Shown: positions 11,576-24,300 of the stretch, piece after piece | Numbering within the stretch: position 1 is the first letter of the stretch | Layout of the letters: each line of letters opens with the position of its first letter | Assembly (NCBI GenBank): GCA_965644265.1 | Contig: OZ286463.1 | Coordinates: 68,634,001 to 68,698,000, forward strand | Source: Glycera tridactyla | Lineage: Eukaryota | Reading direction: 5' to 3' | DNA: 64,000 bases | Made by a program: the position numbers and the translations under genes | The notes under the pieces: model-generated | The model's input: only the letters and a program-made list of their open reading frames with translations | The model's database searches: none | What the model was told of the DNA's origin: nothing

Positions 11576-13671
11576 TAGACAAAGTATAGTTAGATGAATA
11601 TGTTGATATGATATTTTAAATCATTTGGCAAGAGTCAAAAGACCCTTCTGTCCACCGATACATATTTTCACCCAGAATCGGGCAATAGGATCCATCAATT
11701 AAGTGAGCCCACAATTGAATGCAAGCTATCCATTGTGAGCTCACAGTTGTATAAGTCAGATATGTCACCTTTTGATGAACAAGAATAGTGATACAGACAG
11801 TAATGGCAGTATCCATCGACCTCTTGGCACGGTATAATCTACAGGAATCGATAAATCAATCAACCGAACATTACCTTTGGATCTAGGGAAGATGGGAGCA
11901 TCAACAGATGATTGCTTATTATGGAATAACTGAAAATGCCACAATCCAGAAAGTCAATGTCTGATCGAAGTCACATGACTCAAATGATCACCACGAGGAA
12001 GAGTCAGAGTTTTGGCTGGATATGAGTGAGTGAACATCAAGTGTGGTGAGTGAGTGAGTGAGTGACAATTCTGAATATATACATGTTCGTTTAGTTCGGG
12101 GGCATGTATAATTTATTATTCTGTATCATTGCTGTCTTATGTTAAATATTTTGTTTAGTGTTAATCCTTTTGCTTTTTCAGGACTAATGAATGCCATAGA
12201 AAACCAATAGGCTAATCGCGTACGAGGTTAAAGGATGCTTATTGAATTAAATTTTTAAAACTGTCCACTTAAAATGCTCATTCACGATTTTGAAAGTATG
12301 GTTGATCGAGAGATTGTCATTTCTCGTATATCTGGTCGGGAAGCTGTCATTTAGGTTTATGCAACTCAGCTTCATTCGAGGTTATTGGTCAAGGACAGAC
12401 TACGGACCACTAAGGCATCACAGTTCACATACACGGAAAGAAAAGTTCTGATCCTCGATACATTGCATTTTGACAACACGGAAAAAAATCTCAGCATTAT
12501 GAATGACAGATTTCGTTGAACATATGCTGTTATACATCGACCCTGCACAACCCACCACGATTATCATGAAGCCAAGTGAAAGCTCCACCCAAACCCTCAT
12601 TTGTGGAATTAATCAGGGTCAACACTGATTCTAATCTACCAAAGTTTGAATAGGTCTCATTGCTGATCTCAGTTTCCCTAAATTACAGCAAATAGACAAA
12701 CATCCCGTGAAGATCCATTCGAAAGCATGAGCCTGAACTTACCTCATACATCCTATCCTAAGGGGAAAAATATTGAGGGAATATCACACCTCGTTGCCTT
12801 TCCATCTGAGCAGAAACATGGACATTGAACTGACTTATACACTCTGTATCAAGGGAGAAAGATTCACCACATAGTCAACCAGTCGCGAGAGATGAGCAGT
12901 CATTTATTTATCAAATAATCCGTGAATTGGTAGTTATTGCCCTGATGCAGGCGTGATTGCAATACCATATTGAAACATAGAATCTGCCCTCCTACCAGGT
13001 AAGCAGCAATCATGATTATTTGCTGGTTGTTTTCAATGTAGATGAGAGTTGGTGTGTTGTTGCAACAGATCTAAGTTCACCAGTAGCGGATATGCTTGAC
13101 AATCGATCGGTCATTCGATTCATTGATATCTGACCTGGCACAACTCACCATATCCCATTTAACGATTGTAAGATCACAGTTCATCTAAGCAGGCTGCACC
13201 ATTGTTCATCAATAAGACTTGACGTCAATCTTTCGTCTCGGTAATCCCTTTCGCAGATATGTAAAACCACGCAGAAAACATGAGAACATGAGAATACATG
13301 ACACAGCGTGACTATCGTTGTGGTGTGCCAGGGAAACTCTAGGAATTATAAATAGGAGAAGAGTAGATGACGACTATGATGCGGCTCTATTAGTAAACAT
13401 TGATACTTCAACAATTTCCTACTTGCATCAATACGTAGAACCACATATAAGGAACACTTCTCACGGATAAATACGACACGTTAATGAAGGACTGTGAAGG
13501 TATGGAAAGGATGGATGAGTGTAGGAGTAGCAGTCAGTGCTGGATATTTTCTTAGAATCAATAAAGTAGGACTAGTATTCTCGAACAATGGCTGTCAGAT
13601 GAATCTCCATCAGAATCTCCATCAGATCAGCACCTCCTAGGCATGATTGCCTTTTGTTCGGCTGAGGGTTA

Positions 13672-13832
13672 ATGTATCAACCCAGAGGATTATGAATGCT
13701 GTATATTCCTGGTCGATGAAAGCTAGATGTTCTCTATCCTGCTGACGTCACTCTCACAAACCCTGACCACGATATGATGGGAACCTGAAATGTTGTCAGG
13801 TTGAAATCGCTGACAGTTCAGACACACCTCTA
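13672..13832 (+). repeat. Dispersed repeat family B, copy 2
   Basis: Aligns to 10212-10372 with scattered substitutions and small indels. Confidence 0.85.
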
Positions 13833-15005
13833 CGTCGTTAACATGAACATAATGAACGTGATGGTGGAATCTCTAGCTATATAATTGGCATGAAGCTGAT
13901 ATCCACGCTTTCTTTTCAAGCAATGCTCAGCACTCGAAACAAGGCAAAGCTCCAGGTTCGGAGAATACCCAACCGATTACGGATTGTCAAATTAGAACAA
14001 GCTTTACTGTTATCAGGGCAGCGTGAGTGATAAAATGGTGTGCTTGCCGGAAGCTATTGCCCTAGTACGAGCGTATCTGAATTCGAGCGGATATACTTGA
14101 ACGTTGTTCTCAAAGCTACCTAGTGTCATGTGTTTCTGAGAAAATCATGGCAGCTCAGGACACCCATCCCAAATCAAGAGGCACCTATCTGTCTTGAGAT
14201 AAGACCGACGGGATGGTGTGGTTGGGTGATAAATCGGGTCATGAAATGCGAAGAGTAAACAAACCAACCATGGGCACTACCGGGTAGAAGAGAGCCTCTG
14301 TCCACACATTTCGTATTGAAGACTTGCGTGGATTTCTTTCAAAGCTGGCAGTAAACTACTTCATGTCCGAACCTACAAATCTTGATTGGCCCTTTTTCGA
14401 AGTATCAATCATACTTGAAGCATCTAAGGACAACACTTCTAAGAGATATTTCGGAACTCGTATATTATATGTGTATGAAATAGGTATTTGTTGGTTGGCC
14501 GATCATTCCAGAGGCTCCGCATGAACGGATCATTACTGCTGGTAGAGACACCCAGCGGTCGCATGTTCACGTTCAAATGCAGTTGCCGCGAGATGGCACT
14601 AATCCGCCATTCGATATCTGATGCCGAATTCGAGGCACGGCCAATTCGATTGAACCTCGTGCTGTATACTAGGAAAACTCCACATATTTATTCGCTGAAG
14701 AAGAGATATAATCAGAATTTCTTTCGCACTCGTGAGCCTTATTTTATTCCGGAAAAGTTGATACAGGGGCACGCCTATTTGTAAAAATATGGATATCCAT
14801 ATGATAATCGGTCAGTATTTCGTCATCAGGATGGTGACATCTACCTGTGTGTAGGTATCTCAAANNNNNNNNNNNNNNNNNNNNNNNNNNNNNNNNNNNN
14901 NNNNNNNNNNNNNNNNNNNNNNNNNNNNNNNNNNNNNNNNNNNNNNNNNNNNNNNNNNNNNNNNNNNNNNNNNNNNNNNNNNNNNNNNNNNNNNNNNNNN
15001 NNNNN

Positions 15006-15215
15006 TTCGATGGTGATCCTGAGGGCCTTTCGATCGTCAATCTCGGATCCTATAATTAATGGTTCGGGAACAAACTCGTTTTGAGCAAGATCATGTCGAG
15101 GCCAGCAGTGTTTCAAGGCGTCTTGTCAATTATCGATAACAGATCTTACATTCCTGTGCTGCCTAGTAATCTGGAATCTTCAGGCTACGCGGATGATATA
15201 CACCCTTTCTCCCCT
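15006..15215 (+). mobile_element. Repeat fragment shared with 44827-44911, continuing into a possible decayed RT segment
   Basis: 15006-15090 is 81/85 identical to 44827-44911; the frame downstream reads VFQGVLS...SYI..LP...GYADD, loosely like non-LTR RT motifs. Confidence 0.4.
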
Positions 15216-15419
15216 AATCCATCTTGTTGTATACCAAATCAACTACATAAATTGAGATGTGACAAACCCGAGTGTTTATGATATGCTCCATGCTCACGAG
15301 AAAAGGAGCTCAATGTCGTGGTGTTCCGGATCAGCGGAGAATATCAGATAAGGGACATGGTAATTACAGTGGCTCATATGACAGAGGTAGTGACACTGTT
15401 ACGTGGTTGATGTTAGTGC

Positions 15420-15623
15420 AACACCATACTAGGTGTTATCAATTGGTGTCCAAACACCTGCAGCCCTGGTGTAAGCAGGACACCTCATACCTGGTGTTGG
15501 GATCACACCTGCATGCAGGTGGTGGAAACACCTAATTTGGTGTTGAGTAAAGTGCAGTGACATAGTATTCCAACACCTTATTTGGTATAATGGTTGTACT
15601 CTGGTTGAGTGTAAACAACACTC
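15420..15623. repeat. Array of short inverted repeats ACACC-N6-9-GGTGT
   Basis: Hairpins at 15420-15437, 15454-15472, 15480-15497, 15506-15521 (perfect 16-bp palindrome), 15527-15544, 15573-15588 and a reversed one at 15607-15623. Confidence 0.8.
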
Positions 15624-16070
15624 GCAGGTCGGTGTGGACTGGTCATCTTGAAACTGGCAGTGAGAACACCATGTGTGCTGTTTGACTTCCGCACCCTTGA
15701 GTGCCTGGGCATCGTGAGGTTAACACTTGATTCTTATCCATCACTGGGTGAGAATAGATACACATTGATCTTGTTCTGCTTGTGATATATCCCCTATGTG
15801 ATTATACTGAAGCACTGAGCAAGGCAGCTGAACTATTCACATGTCCACCAGTTGCCAGGTGATTCTGTATGATGCAAGTAATCAGGTTCTGCCAGGAGTT
15901 ACCGGCCAACAACATCCGAGTTTGCCCTTCTTAGCCTGATGCGGTGACATACAATTTCCTACGACAGCGTAGCGGTGTTGACAATGGTTTCTGTTGGTCC
16001 AACATATGATACACTAGGAAAATCACATACAACATAAATAGAAGCTGCTCTGTGTAGTGTAGAGCTCGTA

Positions 16071-16212
16071 CTAGAATCCTCGAGGTGGTTTACCTATGTC
16101 GACAAGAATATGGGTGTATAGAGGTCGCTTTCTGATCTTCACCATCTTGTACTGTAGACTGTTGAGGCCATCGAACTGGAAACGCCGAGTACCCGTGTAT
16201 AACAACTTTGCT
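16071..16212 (-). CDS. B4GALT: GT7 beta-1,4-Gal/GalNAc-transferase, last coding exon (AKLLYTGTRRFQFDGLNSLQY...LYTHILVDIGKPPRGF*)
   Basis: Acceptor ttttgttggcag|, phase 2 as required; DGLNSLxY and LYTxIxVD family motifs; TAG at 16071-16073. Not in the ORF track because it has no ATG. Confidence 0.95.
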
Positions 16213-16272
16213 CTGCCAACAAAACAAATCATGCATGGATCAGACAGGCATATAGGACTGGCTGCTGCTGCT

Positions 16273-16369
16273 GATGATGACGATTATGATGATGAGGATC
16301 ACTATGATGATGATGAAGATGATCAGGAGGATAATTATGATGACGACGACGACGACGACGACGACGACG
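16273..16369 (+). repeat. (GAT/GAC)n trinucleotide tract in the last B4GALT intron
   Basis: Direct reading; source of the poly-D and poly-R ORFs. Confidence 0.9.
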
Positions 16370-16628
16370 GGGCGGCAATATTGCTGACGTTGTGCCTCTG
16401 CCCTTCTTTTCCACTAATCACTGNNNNNNNNNNNNNNNNNNNNNNNNNNNNNNNNNNNNNNNNNNNNNNNNNNNNNNNNNNNNNNNNNNNNNNNNNNNNN
16501 NNNNNNNNNNNNNNNNNNNNNNNNNNNNNNNNNNNNNNNNNNNNNNNNNNNNNNNNNNNNNNNNNNNNNNNNNNNNNNNCTAAAGCGTCAATATTTTGTG
16601 TGTAAGATCAGACTCGTTCGCCACATAC

Positions 16629-16730
16629 CTCTTCCTCCAATCTGCAGGTTTACGTTTGGCATGACGAATCATCTTGTATCGAGCAACAATCTCTGGTGGT
16701 CGTGTGATTTTCAGCCCCACGTGCATTATC
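16629..16730 (-). CDS. B4GALT: GT7 transferase exon (IMHVGLKITRPPEIVARYKMIRHAKRKPADWRK)
   Basis: ctgtttcag| acceptor, AG|GTATGT donor, 102 nt, phase 2-2; the RYxMIRH metal-binding motif is intact. Confidence 0.95.
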
Positions 16731-17827
16731 CTGAAACAGATGACAGGCAGATTAACGAAGGACTCAGTTGGTTTGGCGATTGGAGTTTATTTTCAAGTAA
16801 CAACCCCGTAGTAAGCATGTCGTGTGTCCCATATCTATGACAACTGGATGATTTGACCCATGTCAGCACCACCCTCAACAACCCTGGTGATTGGTAACCG
16901 TGAATGTTGTCAAGTAAAATGAAACATCAAACCTTAACCAACCAACCAACCAACAACCACCAGCACGTTGCGAACCTGTAGAATTAGGCTGGCAATTTCC
17001 GCAGGCAAATTTGGCGGAGAAATCTCAGAGGTCTAAGATGGCGATGTCGAGGAATAAGAAAGCAGGTGTTACTGAAGTGGGTGCTTATTGGAGATGAAAG
17101 CCAGTCAACACTAGACCATCACATTCCATAAACATCTTGTCAGCGGCCTCCTGTATGCATTTTCTCAACCACCACATGACCTATGAGTCCTTTTTTCCTA
17201 CAAACACCATTCTTTCGTTGCTCATATTCGAGCACAAATATCATTTATACGAGATAGGTCAAGGTATAATAGCATACTATTGTGATGCCTATCATGCAGT
17301 CATGTTGATGTGTAAATAATCACGTTTGAAGCTTACCAACTACTTGCAAACCCGGGAATATCATTTCTGAAAATACCTGGATACTATGTATGATTGACTA
17401 ATCCTGTGCGAGTTGCTGGTATCACCTCGAGAAATGGGAATGTCTTCAATAAACTGTGCTACATAATCATTAACTGCAGATGGGAAAATTGTGATCACCA
17501 ACTCATCATTTTGGAGTTTAGAAAGATTATAGTCAACAGGAACATGTCCATATGTCCTGTATATCTAACCATCCACAGTATACTTTTGAAGATGTAAGCA
17601 AATCGTTATATAATACTGATGTATATTTTGGTAAATATTATGGGCTAGGTGAAAATCAGGGTATCACAGAGAAGGATTCATGTGATACAATGAATTCATC
17701 TGCATGAGAGGACGGGTTGATATTTAGAGTTAGGTGATTCGAAGCTTGGACTCGACTTCATTTTACACCATGTTGCCTCTATCTCCTGAAATATGCATAT
17801 TCATTCAATACTGAAGAATTACATTAT

Positions 17828-18084
17828 CAGGGATGTGATTGGCTTACAAACAGAACCCTGAGAATCCGAACGGAGGCGCTTTTTACGGAACTTTTGTGAA
17901 CAAAGGATCCCCAACATCTGCCAACTGATAGCTGCAAAAACTGCATATAACCTCTGTGCTATATCCCAATCAATTCTGGTCCGATTTTCATGATCTAGAA
18001 TCCCAAATATTCAGCATGAAGTGTTCTCTGCATTATGCATGTATTGGTACATTTCTGATAAAAACAGGAACAATCACATCCCTG
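17828..18084. mobile_element. 257-bp MITE
   Basis: Perfect 14-bp TIRs cagggatgtgattg (17828-17841) / caatcacatccctg (18071-18084); flanks cattat / cattgt may be a decayed TSD. Confidence 0.75.
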
Positions 18085-18912
18085 CATTGTGTTCAATATG
18101 CCAGGATATGTTGAGCATGAGGCACTGAGGTGGTAAGTTGAGGGCAGCGGAAATGTTTAGATGGAGCGTACATAGAGGAGACAGACATTTGGCTTCTATC
18201 AGCGGGCCTGGGCCATACTCGCTTCCTCATCCATATTGGTATGGCTTCGTCATTTACCACCAGTGCATTGATCGGATGAACCACCTAATTGGCGATGTAC
18301 GATCACCCTAACTTCATAGAAACGAACTCTTTTTCTGCCACAGGATCGAAAGCTATAGATTATTGCAGGGGACGTTCGCCATCGAGCAGCAAACCAGCCA
18401 TTTTACCGAGAGAATGATACGTATAAAACGTATAAACGAGAAATGGGTCACTTCATTTGGCAATTCATCAGTCTATACATTAAGTAGAACTTCCTCACGA
18501 CATTCTCATATACACTTTTGGTGACGGTGAACCCGTACAATATCGCCAACATAAAACCCCAAGCACAACTTGACGATTGGAGTTTTGCTTACAATTCGCG
18601 AACTTGAATACGTGGGTTTGCAAACTTTATATCCACTGCTACAAAAGCATCTTGCGATGAAACATATCGGGGCATCAGAATGTATTCGATTGTACTGTTT
18701 CGTATCGTATTATATCATATAGTATTGTATTCGATTGTGCTGCATTGGATTTCCTTTCTACACGAAGTTGGCCAAGCATTGGAATGGTTGATCCTGTAGG
18801 AACTACTGAGCATTTCCCTAAGAGATTGACAGCAAGTGGTGTTCCAATGCCGAGTGCAGCCGTAGATATCAGACATCCTTAAAGTCACCAACATGTCTCT
18901 CTTGACACTCAC

Positions 18913-19035
18913 CTATAGGCCATGTCATCATCCTCTGCGCCCCATCCCCAGTAAAGGTTCGAGTAGCCGTTCACACGTTGGAAGTGCTCAGTACGCATGT
19001 TCAACACGCCACCAACCAACTCTTGGTAGGCCAAT
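18913..19035 (-). CDS. B4GALT: GT7 transferase exon (LAYQELVGGVLNMRTEHFQRVNGYSNLYWGWGAEDDDMAY)
   Basis: gttacag| acceptor, AG|GTGAGT donor, 123 nt (same size as human B4GALT1 exon 4); WGWGxEDDD motif. Confidence 0.97.
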
Positions 19036-21221
19036 CTGTAACATTCCAAACAAGGCACATGTCTCTGAATACCATTGTGAAGCAATGACAACGAGGGGAC
19101 TCGCCCAGCCTTTCTGCATAAAGTGGAGCAAGAGACGTACAGAAAAGGAAGCAACAAAATACTATTTGGATGAGAAAGCAATCCATCCATACTCCAAAAT
19201 TCGCCCAGGAGTGTTGATTGCGACGCGGGTCATGGTGGATGATCGCTATGAGCTTTGTATTATTTTATGCTGCCAACAACTCAGAAGTCGTATTAGCACA
19301 TCTTGTCAATAATGTGTTCACTCATGAATTGCCCTCTTCAAACCATATGGGAGGTCAAGTGGCATCAGGGTTTGCCACCGCGAGTCAAGTCAGATGAAGC
19401 ACAGTTTTATCAAAGAGGATAATAGGAGTAGTTTTCCCTCCGAATCGAATTCTGAAATAATAGGTCGAATTCAATGAGATATCAGAAGTAATTCCACAAG
19501 TGACAGTTCACACAAATCTTTCGGAACTCTAGTTTTTATCAGGATTCCCATGATTCCTACCCCTTTGTTATTTATCGCCACTCAGTGTCAATTCAAGCCG
19601 AACAATATTGACTGCTCATCTGGGAAAAATTAGATATCCACCACAGGACTCTCAAGAATGCCTTCAGACAGAGAAGAAAAATTATCATACATGAGTTGAT
19701 TTCGAAGACAGACTCAACCACCCATGACACGAGGCGATGTTTTCGTCGTATGGCATGAATACAGAGACTAATCTTGATGGTGATCATGTGACTCTCTGCC
19801 AACTAATGGATTAGTAAACAACATGGCAATTAACATCTCGCCGATGACAGCTGACTTCCCCCCGCATGCGCCATCCATTATCCCATTATGAAATTTGTTC
19901 TTCCATCACATAAAACCACCCCATTTTTGGACATCCATCTTTGTTCGGAGAATGCTGAATAAAAAGTTTTGAAATGATCTGCTTGGAAGATTCATTCCTC
20001 CAACCCAGTGTTACGATTGTCTACTCGAACATATCCCCTGTAGAGTGATATCTATATAAGTCTTTTTGTATGCGAGTAGTGTGAGCTGGAGGGTGCCTCA
20101 CTCGAATGTAATACAAGTGTATCTGAATTTGAATTCATGCAACATAATGGCCATGATCCGAACTCACTTTAGTGAATTATCTTCAATTGTGCTCACTTCA
20201 TAATCAGGATACAAAACTGGACATGCCTGTGACTCACGGCACGTTACCCGGATATCCCTTATTCGTTTTCAATTTTTTTCGTCAGGCAAGGTATAGGGAT
20301 CTCCTATATCAGAGCGCATGACAGCATTCAGTAGTACCACCAAAGAGCATTATTCCGCATAAGGAGATACCTAAGAAATTACTTCAAACTGTTTTATCCA
20401 CCTCACTTATGCCATCTGCAGGCAAGACACATGTGCCCGGGATACACGTCATTTTAGCATGTGTTAACGCTTAATGCACACACCTGGGTGAGTCACATGT
20501 ACGCCCAGCGATGGCACATTCGAGAGGCTGAAAGCATATATAATTTTTTTCACTAGATCTAACTGTAGGCTGGGACGCCCTCCAGTGGCGACATCATTGC
20601 TGCTAGGAACATGTGCATTCTAATTCGTTATATTGTGTCTTATCCAAATTTATTTCTGCTTTGGGCAGTCCCAATTTTCATCTTCAATCACCACCAACAC
20701 CAGCTTCGACAATCGCCATCAATACCAATTTATCTTTTGGTTTCAATTACAGTGTTTTGTGCGAGAGCGCCATATCCGATTTAAACAGTTCAATTACACA
20801 GGATTGATCCCTGAACATGACGATGCATGGTCTTCACATACTTTATCTAGGGCTAAATGTAAACTGCTATCGGATGCAGGCCATGACCCAACGCTTGGGA
20901 GACTTTGTTTGAGTTCCCACGTGAACTGCGATATCGGAACTGAAAGCAGGGCGAGCCTGATGGGACTTCACAGGTGAAGTATCACTGTGTGGAAGAGACC
21001 GGAGAAGCTCGACACGCCTTGCACGAGTTCAGATTTTAACAGTCTTTGGATGGAAGCTACCAGTGAAAGCTTGACGAGGCTTGTCTGAGTTCACGGATGA
21101 ACTGACAATAGGTGGAAGCCACGACTCGGAGCTTTTAGAGCATTTACGCCACCCAAAGTAATTGTTTAGTAGTTGCTGTCGACAACACTCAGCTGCACGA
21201 TGATGAAGAATGCAAGAGATG

Positions 21222-21225
<4 letters not shown>

Positions 21226-21300
<75 letters not shown>
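21226..21300 (+). repeat. (GA)n microsatellite
   Basis: Direct reading. Confidence 0.95.
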
Positions 21301-24300
21301 TAACGGTGTGTGAAAAGAGAGAGAAAGAATCGGGACTGAGATGAGAGGGTGATTGCCACGAAGAACGCCTTGAATGAGCCAAAGTGATAGCATTCTGATT
21401 TGCGAGACTTATATTTGTGCACAGTATTTTGCACATAACATATGGACATCCTGGTGGAAGGGGTTATTGGGGGGGGGGGGGGAGGTATAAACCAGATTGA
21501 ATATGTTCTGATATCCTGGACATATTAGTCGGCTAGCGAACATGTGGAATAGGCTTACTGATGTGAGACTGTTTGAAGAAATAATAGACAGGTAGATGTC
21601 AAATAACCTGTAGGAATGACTCTGGTCCCACAGTTTGTATTTACTTAGCCCATCTGACAAAAACCTACGCAGGTGTGGACACAATATCGGAGGTACACAC
21701 TGCAACATATCGGGCAACAGGAGCAAATGAGTTACAGGAGCTATTTGACCGAGCCAATCCAGCCTCATTTACTTGATCACGTCACACAGTAATTGGCCAG
21801 TTTTCAGCTAGGGGCAGTTCTCCCTTGATAGGCATTAAAAAGAATGTCAATACAGTGAGGCATTAGGTCGATTTACAGACAGTGTCATTGAATTCAATGT
21901 TGAGAAATTTTCTAACACCTCATAACTAATCATTGTCATCTAATGAACCTTCATCTGGCCCCAATGACCTTCGTCACATCGTCTTCGCCTAAAAGGACTC
22001 TTTGGCACACTCATTTTCTGAGAGCATGAAGCCGAGGTATATAGTTTAGATGTTGAACATTCAAAACTGTAGTACACAGCTTTGGCGGCAGTATTCTTCG
22101 TTTGGAGTGTTATTGAGATAAATGTCCACTCAGACAGAAATCTGTTCACCGGGCAACACTATGGTGAACATCCCTGTTACCACTGTCCATAAATTTTATG
22201 AATCTTCACCCCCCCCCCGTTTGGGACCGATATACAGTCTTGAGTGACCCATTGATGGCTGATGCATGGGCATTCCAATATAGCGCAAATGATGCACACT
22301 CGGTGTTAAACAAGCGGCCTACTAACCAGCCAACCAGCCAACCAACGACCATCCCACCATTGCGGCGAACAATTAGTATGAAGGAACCCCTTGCTGAGCG
22401 GGTGTCAATAGTCGAAACAAGGAAATCACATGAGGTTTAGTACATGGAAGTCGAGGGTCCTATGAGGCCTGGTATGACTGCCATCAAGTCAGGTTGGTAG
22501 ATGGTCAGCCATCTTTCTTCAGTCTAGATGGTATGGCAGTGACCCTTACGATTGTGAGTGAGGCAATGTGAAGATGATTAGTTGTGTAGGATGAGGGTTT
22601 ATTGGATATATGGTATATGATTGAGTTCCCACGTGAACTGCGATATCGGAACTAAAAGCAGGGTGATAAGGTATTAGAACAGCACAATGTCGAATAATTT
22701 ATGATATCTGATATAACTTTACATCCCCGAATCCATTGTTAGTTGTATATATAGGATGTCGAATCAATATTGAAGTAGGGTGCACAGAGAGTCTGTTTTG
22801 TATCCTCTTTGTTTATGGGTCAATCAATGAGACAGATCAGGCCTTATTGACAAGCATTGATTGTCAGCCAAATCCTGGATCAAGCATCTCCAAGAGATGG
22901 TTTCGCCACCGAATATCCCGCGAAATCATATTGTCGGTCAATTGCCATTACTCGCCTGGTCACAGATGCATTATGCATGGCAGGTTATGTTCATCCAAGC
23001 CATTGGCGACATGACGGATGGAATGGTTCTGCCATGTCTGGCCGCTATGTTATTATTGTCCGGTACCTGTCCAGCATGCTGCCCAGGTTGAAGGGGATAT
23101 TCTTCGGGTAATGATGATTATTTATGAGATGATATTTTTCATAACGGACATTCAGTTGCGATGATACGCCAAACATATTGCTGAAAAGCTCGATACAAAT
23201 TTTGTACCTTAATTCTTATACTACTCAGCATAAAATTGTGTTCACCATCATATGCATGGCATTTTTCATTTTTGATCAAAAACATATCACTTGCAGCACA
23301 TTCATCATAGCCACAACCACCTGCGAATGCACCAGTATCATCATCTCTGAATGTGTCGACAAGAGTGGCCCGCTAGGTTCATATCCATCTTGGTGATGGA
23401 AGTAGTTGACTGGAAGCAAGAGCCAGGGTTATATCTTGGGATTTTTATCAGTATGTTATTTGCCAACAACAAGCCGAGCTCGACACCTGCTTGTCTACTT
23501 CCTCTTTATCTTCTTCCACCTACCAAAATAAATCAATCAGCGTAGCATCCACACCTGCTCACTCTGACCCTCCTCCTATTCATCATCTGGATACTCATTC
23601 CTTCACAAAGAGAGTGTGTATTGGAAACTAGGTGCCTTCGCCCCCCCCCCCCCTCCTGTATACTGTGGTCATGAAGGCCGCAAAATCCTTGTGTGAATTT
23701 CAACTTTTCTAAAACCACCTGTCGTCAGCATCTGCCTTTTTGCCTCACAGAGCTTGGTCGCCTGATACATTGGCGGCTGTGCGTGTGAGCGTTGGCAAAA
23801 TATCAAAGCAGTAACATAAATGATGATGAGATTGATGGTGTTTACAGGCTTTATGCTAAGCTTTCCATATATCAACACCGTGGCTGAGTCACCCACATCG
23901 AATAAATGTCGACCTGTCAGATACCTGTCGTGTATGAAGGTCGCAGGTGTCAATAGATGGAAACTATGGTATGTATGGATGTACCCTGTGCACCAGGTTT
24001 GCTATCTGGTGAAAAACATCTCTGTTATTACCCTGTACCTTCGCATATTGTTTTTCAAACTTCGCTAGGATTTTCACATTTGGAGAACACCTCATGGTGG
24101 ACGTTCTTGTCAGTAGACTCGGAATTACAATTGTGCCAGTAATCTGAGATAATCTACTGATATATAGAGAATACCCCCTGAGGCATCTGGTCAGGAAACA
24201 TCAAAGATCCCAGGAAAATTGGGAATGCAACATCTATGAATGTCTTCTGAACCAACAGCACTGGGTTCAGAACCACTACATCTCCATCGTTGTTTGAGCT

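Noticed and set aside
14250-14784. Two consecutive plus-strand open frames of about 95 aa each
   Set aside because: No motif recognised and no clear start or splice signals; compatible with chance.
21409-23111. Possible L1/RTE thumb remnants (21409-21768 and 22860-23110, minus strand)
   Set aside because: Similarity is limited to a few scattered residues and cannot be distinguished from chance by eye.
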